A DNA stretch of 64,000 bases from positions 1,344,001 through 1,408,000 of the forward strand of contig CBDCTZ010000016.1 in NCBI GenBank assembly GCA_965222375.1, written 5' to 3'. The notes beneath the pieces were generated by a model. It was not told the DNA's origin and made no database searches. It saw only the letters and a list, made by a program, of their open reading frames with translations. Made by a program: the position numbers and the translations under genes. How positions within the stretch are numbered: the first letter of the stretch is position 1; every line of letters begins with the position of its first letter. Source of the DNA: Polyangiaceae bacterium. GTDB taxonomy: Bacteria > Myxococcota_A > Polyangia > Polyangiales > Polyangiaceae. Shown here in pieces: positions 40,521 through 50,770 of this stretch.

Positions 40521-40635
40521 GACATACTGGACCGCTCCAACCCGGCTAGACCGGGCCGAAGGCATTGAGGGCAGCGCCAAATTCTATGCGATATCAGGGG
40601 GTTCGGTCAAGAATCCCCCCGGGCCAGAAAGCCTC

Positions 40636-41043
40636 TCAAAAGGGCTTGCTAAGGGCCAAAAACGCCGCGCATACCGCACAGATGACCAGCGCCAGACCCA
40701 TACCAGAGGCGGCCTTGACCGGCTCGTCATCGCTCAGCCGCTTGGCGCGTGCGCCAAGGATGTGATGGAGCGCGATCACCACCAGCACGAATGTCAGCTT
40801 CGGGTGCATCCACCGAGTCTGGGCCAGGTACAGGCTGGTGTTCATGGCCAGGATGGCTGCACCACCCACCAGCGACGCGATGAAGCCCGGGACCGCCAGC
40901 CGGCGGTAGATGCGCAGCGCGATTTCCCGCCGCGGGGCTGAAGGGCCCTTCATGCCAAGCGCAACGGCCACCCCGGCAATTCCGCCGATCCACAGCAGGT
41001 TCCCTGCCATATGAAGGACAAGCAACAGTGTCTTGGTAGCCAT
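40636..41043 (-). CDS. CopD/HemJ-like membrane protein
   Basis: Four TMs; LH....LW.GG and WMHPKL..V.....HH. Confidence 0.7.
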   Translation of the reverse strand: MATKTLLLVLHMAGNLLWIGGIAGVAVALGMKGPSAPRREIALRIYRRLAVPGFIASLVGGAAILAMNTSLYLAQTRWMHPKLTFVLVVIALHHILGARAKRLSDDEPVKAASGMGLALVICAVCAAFLALSKPF

Positions 41044-41137
41044 TGTCGCGCAGCATAGTGAAGACAGCTCCAGTCCGGGAGCCCTGAACTTTTCGCGTCT
41101 TGCGTATGGGCAGCTGCCGTCGCATGGTCTGCTGGCC

Positions 41138-42586
41138 ATGACGACCGTCAGTGCCACGTACCGCGCTCCCTTCGCACCGGACGGAGCCCAGGCCCTGGAC
41201 CCAGAAACCTGCCACAAACTGCTGGGCGTGGCCCTCGCCCACGGGGGCGACTATGCGGATCTGTACTTCGAGTATCGCGCGGCTGCCTCGATGGTCTTCG
41301 AGGAAGGAATCACCCGGAGCGCTTCCCGCGGCGTGTCCCTTGGGCTTGGGGTCCGGGTCCAGCGTGGGGACGCGACCGGCTACGCCTATGTCGAGGATCT
41401 GAGCTGGGAGGCGATGAAGCGAGCCGCGGAGACGGCGGCGCGAATTGCTGAGAGCGGCGGGGGCATTGCCCCAGCCGAGCTGGGCCGAATGACCTTGCCG
41501 GCGCGCTACGAACTCGACCAGCTCAGCATCGATGTGTCGGGATTGGATAAGCGAGCACTCTTGGAACGCGCAAGTCGCGCGGCGCTCGCGCAAGACAAGC
41601 GGATCGTGAAAGCAGACGCGAGTTTTGTCGAAGAAGTTCGCGAGATCCTGGTTGCCACCAGTGATGGTCGTTTCGCGCACGACGTGCAACCCCTCATGCG
41701 GTTCGGCGTGTCGGCGATCGCCGAGCAAGAGGGCAAGCGCGAGTCAGGGCGCAGCGGCGGGGGTGGTCGAATGACACTGGGCTACTTCGACGACAAACCC
41801 CCAGAGTGGCATGCCGAGCGCGCAGTCGGCCAAGCCATCACCCTGCTGGACGCTCGTCCGGCCCCGGCTGGGCAACTTCAAGTCGTGCTTTCTCCCGGGG
41901 ACAGCGGCATCTTGTTGCACGAAGCCGTTGGCCATGGGTTGGAGGCGGACTTCAACCGCAAGGGCACTAGCAACTACACGGGCAAGGTTGGCGAGCGCGT
42001 CGCCAGCGAATTATGCACGGTGGTGGACGACCCGACCTTCTTGCAGAGCCGCGGCTCGATCAACGTTGACGACGAAGGTATCGAGCCAGAGGCCAGCACG
42101 CTGATCGAAGAGGGAATGCTTCGGGGGTACATGCAAGACCGCCTGTCCGCTCGTCACTTCAAGACAGAGCCGAGTGGGAACGGTCGACGCGAGAGCTTCA
42201 AGTGCGCGCCAATGCCGAGAATGACCAACACCGTGTTGCTCGCTGGGCCCCACGACTCAGAAGAGATCCTGCGAAGCGTCAAGAAGGGGGTTTACGCCAA
42301 AACCTTTGGCGGTGGCCAGGTCGATATTTCCAATGGCGACTTCGTGTTCTCGCTTACGGAGAGCTACCTGATTGAAGACGGCAAGCTCACGGCGCCACTG
42401 AAGGGTGTGAACCTGATCGGCAACGGTCCCGAGACCCTCGGGCAAGTCAGCATGCTCGGAAACGACGTCGAGCTATCTGACGGCATTTGGACCTGTGGCA
42501 AGGACGGCCAGAGCGTTCCTGTTGGCGTTGGTTGCCCGACTATCAAGATCGAGCAGATTACCGTCGGTGGCACGCAGATCGGGTGA
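41138..42586 (+). CDS. tldD: TldD metalloprotease
   Basis: GILLHEAVGHGLEADFNRK, DDEG, GNGRRES, PRMTNT, GGQVD, CGKDGQSVPVGVG.PT. Confidence 0.95.
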   Translation: MTTVSATYRAPFAPDGAQALDPETCHKLLGVALAHGGDYADLYFEYRAAASMVFEEGITRSASRGVSLGLGVRVQRGDATGYAYVEDLSWEAMKRAAETAARIAESGGGIAPAELGRMTLPARYELDQLSIDVSGLDKRALLERASRAALAQDKRIVKADASFVEEVREILVATSDGRFAHDVQPLMRFGVSAIAEQEGKRESGRSGGGGRMTLGYFDDKPPEWHAERAVGQAITLLDARPAPAGQLQVVLSPGDSGILLHEAVGHGLEADFNRKGTSNYTGKVGERVASELCTVVDDPTFLQSRGSINVDDEGIEPEASTLIEEGMLRGYMQDRLSARHFKTEPSGNGRRESFKCAPMPRMTNTVLLAGPHDSEEILRSVKKGVYAKTFGGGQVDISNGDFVFSLTESYLIEDGKLTAPLKGVNLIGNGPETLGQVSMLGNDVELSDGIWTCGKDGQSVPVGVGCPTIKIEQITVGGTQIG

Positions 42587-42614
42587 GAGCCCGTCGACGC
42601 GCGCTCGCGCCGTC

Positions 42615-43289
42615 GTGGGGGTAATCGGGCACGGACCGCTGCTGGAGCGGGATGACGGTGCCGTCGCGGTCTTGCGGCAGCTCGGCGCCGAAGTTCTCGC
42701 TCAAGATCTTTGGGACGATCCTTTGGGGCTGCTGGAAGACGGCACGGCGCTGCGAGCCTTGGTCTTCGAGGCTCTGGACAGGCCGGATCTGGGTGTGGCT
42801 GCCCTTCGCGCGCTGCGTAAGGAGAGGGAGTTCGACGCCGTGGGGACCCTGCTTGCCGTGACGGTGCCTCAACTCGGGCGGGTCGAACCGTCGAACGGTT
42901 TTGACGATTTCGTGCTGCACCCCTACGTGCCCGCAGAACTCTACGCTCGTATTCGGGCGTTGGAGTGGAAGGTCAGCGAGTTCGCTACCGAAGAACGCCA
43001 CAAGGTGGGCAATATCGTGGTGGATCGTGCAGCTCACGACGTGCGCATTGACGGCAAACCCGTCGCATTGACCGCGAAAGAGTTCGCGCTGCTCGTGTAT
43101 TTTTGCGAACGACGCGGCCGCGTACTCTCCCGCGAGCACCTGCTGTCCAATGTGTGGGGCAATCGCTACGAGGGTGGCGCGCGGACCGTGGACATTCACG
43201 TCCGCCGCTTGCGCGCGAAACTCGGGGACACTTTGCCACTGGAGACACTACGCGGTAGCGGCTACAAACTTCGCGCCCCGGACGATTGA
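42615..43289 (+). CDS. OmpR-family winged-helix regulator with a degenerate receiver domain
   Basis: LTAKEFALL, GRVLSREHLL..VWG..Y.GG.RTVDIHVRRLRAKLG, ETLRGSGY. Start uncertain. Confidence 0.85.
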   Translation: MGVIGHGPLLERDDGAVAVLRQLGAEVLAQDLWDDPLGLLEDGTALRALVFEALDRPDLGVAALRALRKEREFDAVGTLLAVTVPQLGRVEPSNGFDDFVLHPYVPAELYARIRALEWKVSEFATEERHKVGNIVVDRAAHDVRIDGKPVALTAKEFALLVYFCERRGRVLSREHLLSNVWGNRYEGGARTVDIHVRRLRAKLGDTLPLETLRGSGYKLRAPDD

Positions 43290-43344
43290 GAGGCTTGCCC
43301 ATTGGCACCCCGGCGTCCGTGTGGTGTAAGCTCTTTGCTGGGTT

Positions 43345-45198
43345 ATGACGGCGTTTCAACTGGCGCCGGGAACTCTATTCGCTGGAGATTTCCGTATTCT
43401 CCGCCCGCTCTCCCAGGGTGGCATGGGGGCGGTGTACGTGGTGGAGCAGCTCAGTACGCGAGCACAACGCGCACTGAAGTTGATGCATCCGGAACTCGTG
43501 CGCGATGCGAGCCTTCGCGCTCGGTTCGAGCAAGAGGCGAAGATCTCGTCGCAAATCCCCAGCGATCACGTGGTGCAGGTCATCGCTGCCGGTGTCGACG
43601 ACGAAACGGGCATGCCCTGGCTCGCCATGGAGCTCTTGGACGGCACCGACCTACTCGAAGCGGCTGCGACCGGCCGAGCTGGGCCTGCAGTGCTGCGCGA
43701 AATCATGGCGCAGCTGTGCCACGCCCTGGGTGCCGCGCATGAGCGCGGCATCGTTCATCGAGATCTGAAGCCCGAGAACATCTTTCTCGCTGCGCCCCGA
43801 CGCGCAGGAATTCCCTTCACGGTCAAGGTCCTGGATTTCGGCATATCCAAACTGACGTCCCAGGCTCACTCTGCCTCCGCCACGGCTTCCCTGGGCACCC
43901 CCCTTTGGATGGCACCGGAGCAAGCGGGAGCGAGCAGCGGCCAGATCTCCCCGGCAACGGACGTCTGGGCGATGGGGCTCATTGCGTTTTGGCTCCTGAC
44001 GGGTCGCCACTACTGGCTTGGCGCGCGGGACGAAAACACGACGCTCCAAGCCATCATGCGCGAGGTCTTGCTCGATCCAATCGCGCCGGCATCGGAACGA
44101 GCCGCGCAGATCTCATCCGATGCTCGCTTGCCAACGGGTTTTGATGCCTGGTTCGCAAAGACGGTCCAACGCGACCCGACGCAACGCTTTGCCAACGCAA
44201 CCCTCGCCGGGCAGGAGTTGGAAAAGGCGCTGGCTCCCACCGACCAGCCCGAACCAGAGCAAGCCGTTGTGGCCGCCGTCGCGCACACCGTGGACGACAT
44301 GCCGCCGCTGCGCATCGATACCCCCCCGGCGCCGCCGCCCGCCCAGCAGATGGTTCAAGTGCCTCAAGCGCAATCAGCGTGGGTCACGCCTGGGCCCCAG
44401 CCCCGGGTATCGCCCGTGCCTCCCACCCCAGCGCCTCACTATCCGTCGCCCTACGCTGCTCCTGGTTTCGCGCCGACCACCGGCGCCCCCTGGGCAAGCA
44501 CCCGCGCCGTTCCCTATGCGCCGCCGGGGAGCTTTCAAACCGAGTCCAGACGGGGATGGGGATGCTTGGGTTGGCTCGTTCTCGCAACTATTGGCGCGCT
44601 CGGGCTCATTGCTGCCGCCTTCTTCACGCGGGACGCTTGGGAGCCGACCGTCCTCGGTTACTTGGGAGAGGAGCCCGCCGAGGTGCCTGCGCCTCCCGCA
44701 CCACCGCTTAGACCCGAGGTCGCCTGTCCGCAGGGCACGCGTCGAAGCGGTGAGCGCTGCATCAAAGTCATCGATGAAACGTGTCCACCTGGGATGCGGT
44801 TCACGAAACGAGGTTGTGTTGCGCTGGTTCCGCCCGACGCTGGAAAAAAGCCTGGGGGCGCGACGAGCTCCTCGAAAGCACAAATGAGCACCTTGAAGGT
44901 GAACTGCAGTCCAGGTTGCGACCGCATCTACATCGATCACAAGCCTTACGGGCGGAGCCCAGTCACCGTTCGGCTACCCGCGGGCAGGCACTCTATTCGA
45001 CGTGAGAAGACGGGGTACGTGACGCGACGCTCGACCATCACCCTCCGCGCCGGCCGGACCCATACGAGTACTCGGTCCATGAGCCGATCCGGTCCCCCGC
45101 CTCCCAAACCGAACAGCGGGACGAAGGACTGCGACTGCTCCAAGACGCTGATCCCGGTACCCTGCATCCAGGTATGCGCGGCGCAACGCAAGAAATAA
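43345..45198 (+). CDS. Membrane Ser/Thr protein kinase with a Cys-containing and PEGA-like extracellular part
   Basis: GGMGAVY, ALK, HRDLKPENIFL, DFGISK, GTPLWMAPEQ, DVWAMG; Pro-rich linker, TM, YIDHKPYGRSPV....G.H.I..EK.GY. Confidence 0.93.
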   Translation: MTAFQLAPGTLFAGDFRILRPLSQGGMGAVYVVEQLSTRAQRALKLMHPELVRDASLRARFEQEAKISSQIPSDHVVQVIAAGVDDETGMPWLAMELLDGTDLLEAAATGRAGPAVLREIMAQLCHALGAAHERGIVHRDLKPENIFLAAPRRAGIPFTVKVLDFGISKLTSQAHSASATASLGTPLWMAPEQAGASSGQISPATDVWAMGLIAFWLLTGRHYWLGARDENTTLQAIMREVLLDPIAPASERAAQISSDARLPTGFDAWFAKTVQRDPTQRFANATLAGQELEKALAPTDQPEPEQAVVAAVAHTVDDMPPLRIDTPPAPPPAQQMVQVPQAQSAWVTPGPQPRVSPVPPTPAPHYPSPYAAPGFAPTTGAPWASTRAVPYAPPGSFQTESRRGWGCLGWLVLATIGALGLIAAAFFTRDAWEPTVLGYLGEEPAEVPAPPAPPLRPEVACPQGTRRSGERCIKVIDETCPPGMRFTKRGCVALVPPDAGKKPGGATSSSKAQMSTLKVNCSPGCDRIYIDHKPYGRSPVTVRLPAGRHSIRREKTGYVTRRSTITLRAGRTHTSTRSMSRSGPPPPKPNSGTKDCDCSKTLIPVPCIQVCAAQRKK

Positions 45199-45238
45199 TT
45201 GCGGAACCGCAGCGCCGGCGCCTGCTAGAACCCGATGC

Positions 45239-46240
45239 GTGTTGTTCGTGAGTCTGGGATGTCCAGCGGGTGTTGGCCCCGAGGTCGCGGTTGCCGCAGC
45301 TCTGCGTTCCGCTTCGAAAGTGGTGTTGGTGGGAAGTGGCGACGTGATCCGCCAGGCTCAGGCGGTTGCGAAGTCGACCCGCAAACAGCTCGTCGAGTTC
45401 GCGGATGCGCCACCGAAGCGCGGTCAGATTGCCGTTCACGATCCCGGGCCGGCGCTGCATCGGCGTGACTACCGGCCCGGCCGCCCGAGCAAGCTGGCCA
45501 GCCGCGCAGCCCTCGGCTGGATCGATGCAGCCATTGAGCTCACGCTGCGGCATCCGGGCAGTGCCCTCGTAACCGGTCCGGCCAACAAGGGTGCGATTGC
45601 TCGTTCGGGAGCCAAGGGTGCCGCGAGGTTCCGCGGGCACACGGAGCACATCGAAAGGCGGGTTGCGTCAGGTCGGAGCGTGATGTGTTTCTACGCGCCG
45701 ACTTTTTCGACGTCTCTGGTGACGACGCATCTACCTGTTGCTCGGGCCGCGCGCAGCATCACGACGGAAAGCGTGTGCGCTGCCACTGTGGAGCTTGCCG
45801 CGTTCTTGCGCTCCATTGGGGTGCCCGAGCCGCACATTGTGATTGCGTCTCTGAACCCCCACGCTGGTGAGTCCGAGCTGCTCGGGGTCGAAGAAGGGCG
45901 CGCCATCGTGCCCGGGATCGCGCGCGCGCGCCGACTGCTCTCACGGCGTGCGCGTCTCGACGGCCCCATCGGCGCTGAAACCGCTTACCGCTTGGCTCAC
46001 GCCGGCAAGATCCATGGCGTCGTGGCGATGTTGCATGACCAGGCGACGATACCGACCAAACTCGTCGCATTTGGCGATGCCGTGAATGTCACCTTGGGCT
46101 TGCCCATCGTGAGAACGAGTGTCGATCACGGTACCGCCTACGACGTTGCTTGGACCGGCCGTGCCGATCCCGATGGCATGTTGGCGGCGATGAAGCTCGC
46201 TTCACGCTTGGCCAAAAGCCGAAATGCCGAGAGGCGCTGA
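45239..46240 (+). CDS. pdxA: 4-hydroxythreonine-4-phosphate dehydrogenase
   Basis: G.PAGVGPEV, GHTE, TTHLP, LNPHAGE, AMLHDQ, NVTLGLPIVRTSVDHGTAYD. Confidence 0.95.
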   Translation: MLFVSLGCPAGVGPEVAVAAALRSASKVVLVGSGDVIRQAQAVAKSTRKQLVEFADAPPKRGQIAVHDPGPALHRRDYRPGRPSKLASRAALGWIDAAIELTLRHPGSALVTGPANKGAIARSGAKGAARFRGHTEHIERRVASGRSVMCFYAPTFSTSLVTTHLPVARAARSITTESVCAATVELAAFLRSIGVPEPHIVIASLNPHAGESELLGVEEGRAIVPGIARARRLLSRRARLDGPIGAETAYRLAHAGKIHGVVAMLHDQATIPTKLVAFGDAVNVTLGLPIVRTSVDHGTAYDVAWTGRADPDGMLAAMKLASRLAKSRNAERR

Positions 46241-48103
46241 ATGGCCCGGCGCCGCGACGAACGCTTGGAAGCTTTGAAGCAGGTTTTCAGCACGGGGACT
46301 GCCGTTCCACTCGATCGTCTGAACGCGTTGCGTGACATCATGGTAAGCGCTGCTGCTCGGGGTTGGTGTGAAGAAAACGCCGTCCCATGCGCACTGCTAG
46401 ACGAGTCGCGCTTGCTGCAACTCGAATCCCGCGCGCTGGAAGTTCTGCCGCAAGCTCAGGAAGCGGGTGGCGCGGCAGTGCGGGCTTTGGCCGGGAGTCT
46501 GCAGGGAGCGCCCCTCGAGGTCCTCGGAGCTGTCTTGGAACGAATGCTCGATGTTCAGCTGAGTGACGAAGACGAGTTGCGCTGGGCGCGTGGTCGCAAA
46601 CCCAGTGGTAGCTTCTTCACGCCGGAACACTGGACCCGACACGTGATGAGCGCAGTGCTCATTGGCAAGGAGTCTGGCTCCTTGCGCATCGTCGACCCAG
46701 CGTCGGGTGCTGGCGCTTTTCTTCTCGCCGCCGCGCGGGCGCTTGGCGAGCAAGGTGGCAGCCTTCCTGAGATCGTTACGGAGCAGCTCTACGGCATCGA
46801 CAAGAGTGAACTTGCGCTTGCAACCTCCGAGGCGAGCCTGACGCTGCTATGTGAAGACGCTGCAGTGCTTTCGGGGCTGCGACGACACCTCGCGGTCGGT
46901 AACGCCCTGATCGAACCCAAGGATGGTCCCGGCTTGGATGAGGCACCGCTCGACCCAGCAGCGTCCTTTCCTGAGGTGTTCGCCGAAGGCCGCGCCTTCG
47001 ATCTGGTTGTAGGTAATCCGCCGTGGGTGGCGTTTGCCGGACGCGCTGCCAAACCGCTTCCAGCAGAAATGCGAGCATTCTTTCGTCGGCGCTATCGCGG
47101 GTTCTCTGGCTACCCCACGCTGCACGCGCTTTTCATCGAGCGTGCAGCGGAGCTGGCACCCGGCGGAACCATCGCGCTCCTCGTTCCGAGCCCCATTGCC
47201 GATCTCGACGGATACCGAGCCGTGCGCGCCGCTCTGGCCCGCACCCACACGGTTCGCGAGCCGCTACTCGAGTTGGGCCAGGACGCCTTCGCTGGTGTGA
47301 CTCAACCGTGCTTCGTCTTGCTGGCAGATCCGGGCGCGGATCCTCGCGGCGGTGACCGCCACTATCAGCTCTCGGAACGCTCTCGTGCACGCGTTGGCGC
47401 TGCAGCCATTCGTCCACCGGAAGTGCTGCTGGGGCTCACCGACAGACCTTGCTTCCCGGAAACGCTTTTTGGAGAGATGGGCTTCCAGAGCAGTGGCGTT
47501 GTGTCCCAGCGCTTGTTCTTGCGCGCGGCAGAGCCCGACGACCTGCACACCTACCCGCTGCTCGAGGGGCGCAACGTGCAAGAGTTCCGACAGGAGCCGC
47601 CCCGACTTTTCTTGAACCCAGACCCGGACGTACTCAAAGAGGCGCGCTGCCGCTTGCGACCGCGATCCGACTACGAGCGAGCTCGTTTTGTCGTGCGTCA
47701 AACGGCCGCTTGGCCCATCGCGGCTTTGCACGACGGCCTGCCGTTCCGCAATTCGCTGATCGCAGGATTCAGCCATGACGAGCTCCCTCCCGAAGCGACC
47801 GTGGCGTTGCTGAACAGCGCGCTGTACCGAGCTCTTCATCTGGCTGGGCGCCGGGATGCTCGACAAGCCACCTTTCCCCAGATGAAGGTTCGACACCTGC
47901 GCTGCCTTCCCCGGCCCAATGCGTCTCCCGATCAACTCCACGGTCTCGTGAGCGCCACCCATGAGCTTACGACCCGCGGCGTGGAGCCTGGGGGGCGTCG
48001 CGCGCTCGATGCTCTCGTCTTCGAATTGTTCGAGATCGCCGTGGCGGATCGCGAGGCCGTCATGAACTTCCTCGGCGAACGTGCGCCCAAGCTGTACTCC
48101 TGA
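46241..48103 (+). CDS. N6-adenine DNA methyltransferase (gamma class, TaqI/Eco57I-like)
   Basis: GSFFTP, DPASGAGAFL (motif I), LYGID, FDLVVGNPPW (motif IV), LLNS in the C-terminal TRD region. Confidence 0.87.
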   Translation: MARRRDERLEALKQVFSTGTAVPLDRLNALRDIMVSAAARGWCEENAVPCALLDESRLLQLESRALEVLPQAQEAGGAAVRALAGSLQGAPLEVLGAVLERMLDVQLSDEDELRWARGRKPSGSFFTPEHWTRHVMSAVLIGKESGSLRIVDPASGAGAFLLAAARALGEQGGSLPEIVTEQLYGIDKSELALATSEASLTLLCEDAAVLSGLRRHLAVGNALIEPKDGPGLDEAPLDPAASFPEVFAEGRAFDLVVGNPPWVAFAGRAAKPLPAEMRAFFRRRYRGFSGYPTLHALFIERAAELAPGGTIALLVPSPIADLDGYRAVRAALARTHTVREPLLELGQDAFAGVTQPCFVLLADPGADPRGGDRHYQLSERSRARVGAAAIRPPEVLLGLTDRPCFPETLFGEMGFQSSGVVSQRLFLRAAEPDDLHTYPLLEGRNVQEFRQEPPRLFLNPDPDVLKEARCRLRPRSDYERARFVVRQTAAWPIAALHDGLPFRNSLIAGFSHDELPPEATVALLNSALYRALHLAGRRDARQATFPQMKVRHLRCLPRPNASPDQLHGLVSATHELTTRGVEPGGRRALDALVFELFEIAVADREAVMNFLGERAPKLYS

Positions 48104-48169
48104 CCCCACTGCCCTCGGAAATCTGCTTGCTCCGGGAAGAACAGCGAGTATGTTCCGTAGTACGCACCG

Positions 48170-48862
48170 ATGAGAACGCTCGCCCTTGCATTGGCCCTTT
48201 TCGCTGGCGGTTGCAGCAGCACCGGAGCCGGCGGCGGCTGCCCACCTGAGCAGGCCAACATGTCCGAGGACTCCCGAGAGGGTGGCGGCACGGCCACGAA
48301 TTGCGCCGGCGCGGGCGGGGGTGCTGGCGCGCGAGGCGAATGTGATCCCAATCTGAACTGCGACGGATGCAGGACCTGTCAAGACAGTTGCACCTGTGGT
48401 GGGGGCGACATCCAAGGTTGCCAGGTGCAATGTGGTGGTGGCGCCGCAGGGGCCGCCGGTTCCAAGGGCGGCAGTGCTGGAACGGCTAACTCCGGAGGCG
48501 GAGGCGGCGGAAACACGGGGGGAAGCAACACCGGTGGCAATGGTGCAGGTGGAAGTGGCACTGGGGGAAGCAACACCGGTGGCAATGGTGCAGGTGGAAG
48601 TGGCACTGGAGGCAGCGGTTCCGGTGGGACCGGCACGTGTCAGTACCCGGTTTGCGAATCCTATGCGTCGAAGATGAAGACTTGCTATCCGAAGGTCGAG
48701 AAGTCCTACTGGCGCGGTGAGTGCGTTGACGCCCACGACACCTGCCATGTGGGCAGCGGCTGCTCGTCCACCACACCCAACCATGTCAAGTGCGTCATCA
48801 GCAGCCAGTGCTCCGATGTGGTCAACGGATCCTGCAGTGCTAACCCTTGCAGTGGGAGTTGA
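48170..48862 (+). CDS. Cys-rich lipoprotein with a Gly-rich linker
   Basis: Lipobox AGGC; two Cys clusters flank the Gly repeats. Confidence 0.75.
   Translation: MRTLALALALFAGGCSSTGAGGGCPPEQANMSEDSREGGGTATNCAGAGGGAGARGECDPNLNCDGCRTCQDSCTCGGGDIQGCQVQCGGGAAGAAGSKGGSAGTANSGGGGGGNTGGSNTGGNGAGGSGTGGSNTGGNGAGGSGTGGSGSGGTGTCQYPVCESYASKMKTCYPKVEKSYWRGECVDAHDTCHVGSGCSSTTPNHVKCVISSQCSDVVNGSCSANPCSGS
48518..48608 (+). repeat. In-frame tandem duplication encoding GGSNTGGNGAGGSGT
   Basis: GGGGGAAGCAACACCGGTGGCAATGGTGCAGGTGGAAGTGGCACT, 2 copies. Confidence 0.85.
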
Positions 48863-48889
48863 GGGTTCGGTAGCTCATCAGCGGTAGCG

Positions 48890-49712
48890 GCCGATCCACG
48901 CAGACCAGCGATCCCCGGAGTATCGCCAGCGACCAGCACTCGTCCTTTGGCGTCCACGACTGCGTCGAACACGAAGCTGGGCCGTGGTGCTGCTTCGTCT
49001 ACCCAAGAAGGCCGCTGCTCTTGGCCTGCCGCCGTAAGCAGCACGAAGAGCGGTTGCGAACTGTCGCCGATGTCACGAAAGCCGGCGCCGAGGATCTGTC
49101 CGCTGTCCAACGGCACCAATGCATACAGCTGGTCGTCCCCGTCCAGAGGAATAGCCACGCCATTGCGTCCGAAGCTGGTATCGAGCTCCCCTCGCGAGTG
49201 GCGAAAGCTCCGTGCCCCGGCAGCACCGTCACCACGGCCACGCCGCCCTTGCCGTAGCCGGCACAGGGCGCGTCATTGTCTTGAAGGCAAAACACCTGGT
49301 TCTGGGTCGCCGCATGGTAGCCACTGATCAGCAGACTGCCGTTGGCCCTCACGTGCAGCTGTTGCGCTCGATTGTCGCTGCCTGAGTTGTGCACTACCAA
49401 CCCAGCGCGTCCGAACTTCGGGTCTAGCTTGCCTGTCTTCGTGACTCGCGCCACGAGGGAGCGCGTGCCCCCCTTGGTATAGAAATAGCCCGTGGCGACG
49501 ACGCGACTTTGCGCGTCTAGCGCGACGTCTTCGCCGAAGGTTCGATGGCGACCCAAGCGCACGACGCCGCGGGTCCCGAAACCTTCGTCGAGCTTGCCGT
49601 GTTCCGTGATGCGCACCAAAGACATGTCACGTCCCGTGTCGAACGGTGAATGGCCCAGTGCGTAGAGGGAGCCGTCCTGGTTGGCGACTACCGCCTTGAA
49701 GCGATGCTCCGC
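48890..49712 (-). pseudogene. Delta-60-repeat beta-propeller remnant, frameshifted at about 49160
   Basis: SLVRITEHGKLDEGFG..GVV, VARVTKTGKLDPKFG..GLV, then D.KGRVLVAG in a second frame. No signal peptide or clean end. Confidence 0.55.
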
Positions 49713-49859
49713 CGCGCGCTGCCAGAACAAGAAGCGAGGTCCGCACATCCATCTGATGGCCGCGACCTTCAAGAAGGGCAAATACAAGACAGGGAGTAGC
49801 CCGAGCTTCTTCAGCTGCGGCACGACCGTCAACCCCGCCACCCGCCTGTGCAAGTAGTG

Positions 49860-50729
49860 CTAGTGACCCTCGCGACATGGGGCGTCACGGCGCATGGTTA
49901 CGCGTGAACTCTTCGCAGCGATAGCAGCAACCTTCTTGACGAAATTGCGAATCGCCGGATTCTTTCCGCGCAAAGGGAAGCAGTAATCAGATTCGCCTTC
50001 CTTGCCCCAATGAACGACCCGGTATGGGAGCTTCATCTTACCAGCTTGCTGCACCTGTTGGACGGCAAGTTCGACCTTGTCCTTGGCCGCCCGATCCGTG
50101 CCCGCGCCGTGGGAACGGAAACTCACCACGAGACCGAACTTGCCGTTGCCGCCGACTTGCGGAGGTTCCACTGCAGCCGCGGCTTCGGCGTCCTCCATGC
50201 GATCGACCTGCAGGCGGACTCGGGCGTTGCGCCGAAACGGACTCTGTTTGCGCAACAGTGCCGTCTGCTTGTGCTCCGTCTGGATTTCGAGCGCGATCTC
50301 TTGTCGCTCGTTGCCGAGCACGCGCCGGCCTTTCATCGTGACCTGCTTTACGATCACATCCGCGACCGGGACCCATTCCTTCGATCCTTTGGGCTTGAAC
50401 TCCAAAACGGCTTCGGTGCCGGGGGCCAGCGTCTCGGCCTCGTCGGCGGCAGTGGTCAATACGGAAGTCATCACGACCTTCTTCGCCGCGCGAGCCCGCA
50501 TGGTCCCGAACACGTGGTGGCGTCGCACGATCCGAGGCGGAGGCTCGGTGTAGACGGGGGCCCCGTCCGGTGGCCCGCTGTCGGCTTCAGCAGGGTTGCT
50601 GGCTTCCTCCGCGGCTTCTGGGGTCGATGGCTTCTCCGCCTCGACCGTCTCGACTGGTGGCACGGCCGTGGGCGCGCTGGCGCAGCCTCCGAGCACCAGC
50701 GCCAGTGCAATCATCCCGTGCTTGCGCAT
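49860..50729 (-). CDS. Hypothetical lipoprotein
   Basis: MRKHGMIALALVLGGC lipobox; coding-like composition. Confidence 0.7.
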   Translation of the reverse strand: MRKHGMIALALVLGGCASAPTAVPPVETVEAEKPSTPEAAEEASNPAEADSGPPDGAPVYTEPPPRIVRRHHVFGTMRARAAKKVVMTSVLTTAADEAETLAPGTEAVLEFKPKGSKEWVPVADVIVKQVTMKGRRVLGNERQEIALEIQTEHKQTALLRKQSPFRRNARVRLQVDRMEDAEAAAAVEPPQVGGNGKFGLVVSFRSHGAGTDRAAKDKVELAVQQVQQAGKMKLPYRVVHWGKEGESDYCFPLRGKNPAIRNFVKKVAAIAAKSSRVTMRRDAPCREGH

Positions 50730-50770
50730 GAGCCAAGCATCTACGTCCCGCGGCGTTTGGTCAACGGAGG

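Noticed and set aside
47264..48784. 506-aa minus-strand ORF as a possible restriction partner
   Set aside because: Antisense to the methyltransferase and the Gly-rich lipoprotein; no nuclease motif.
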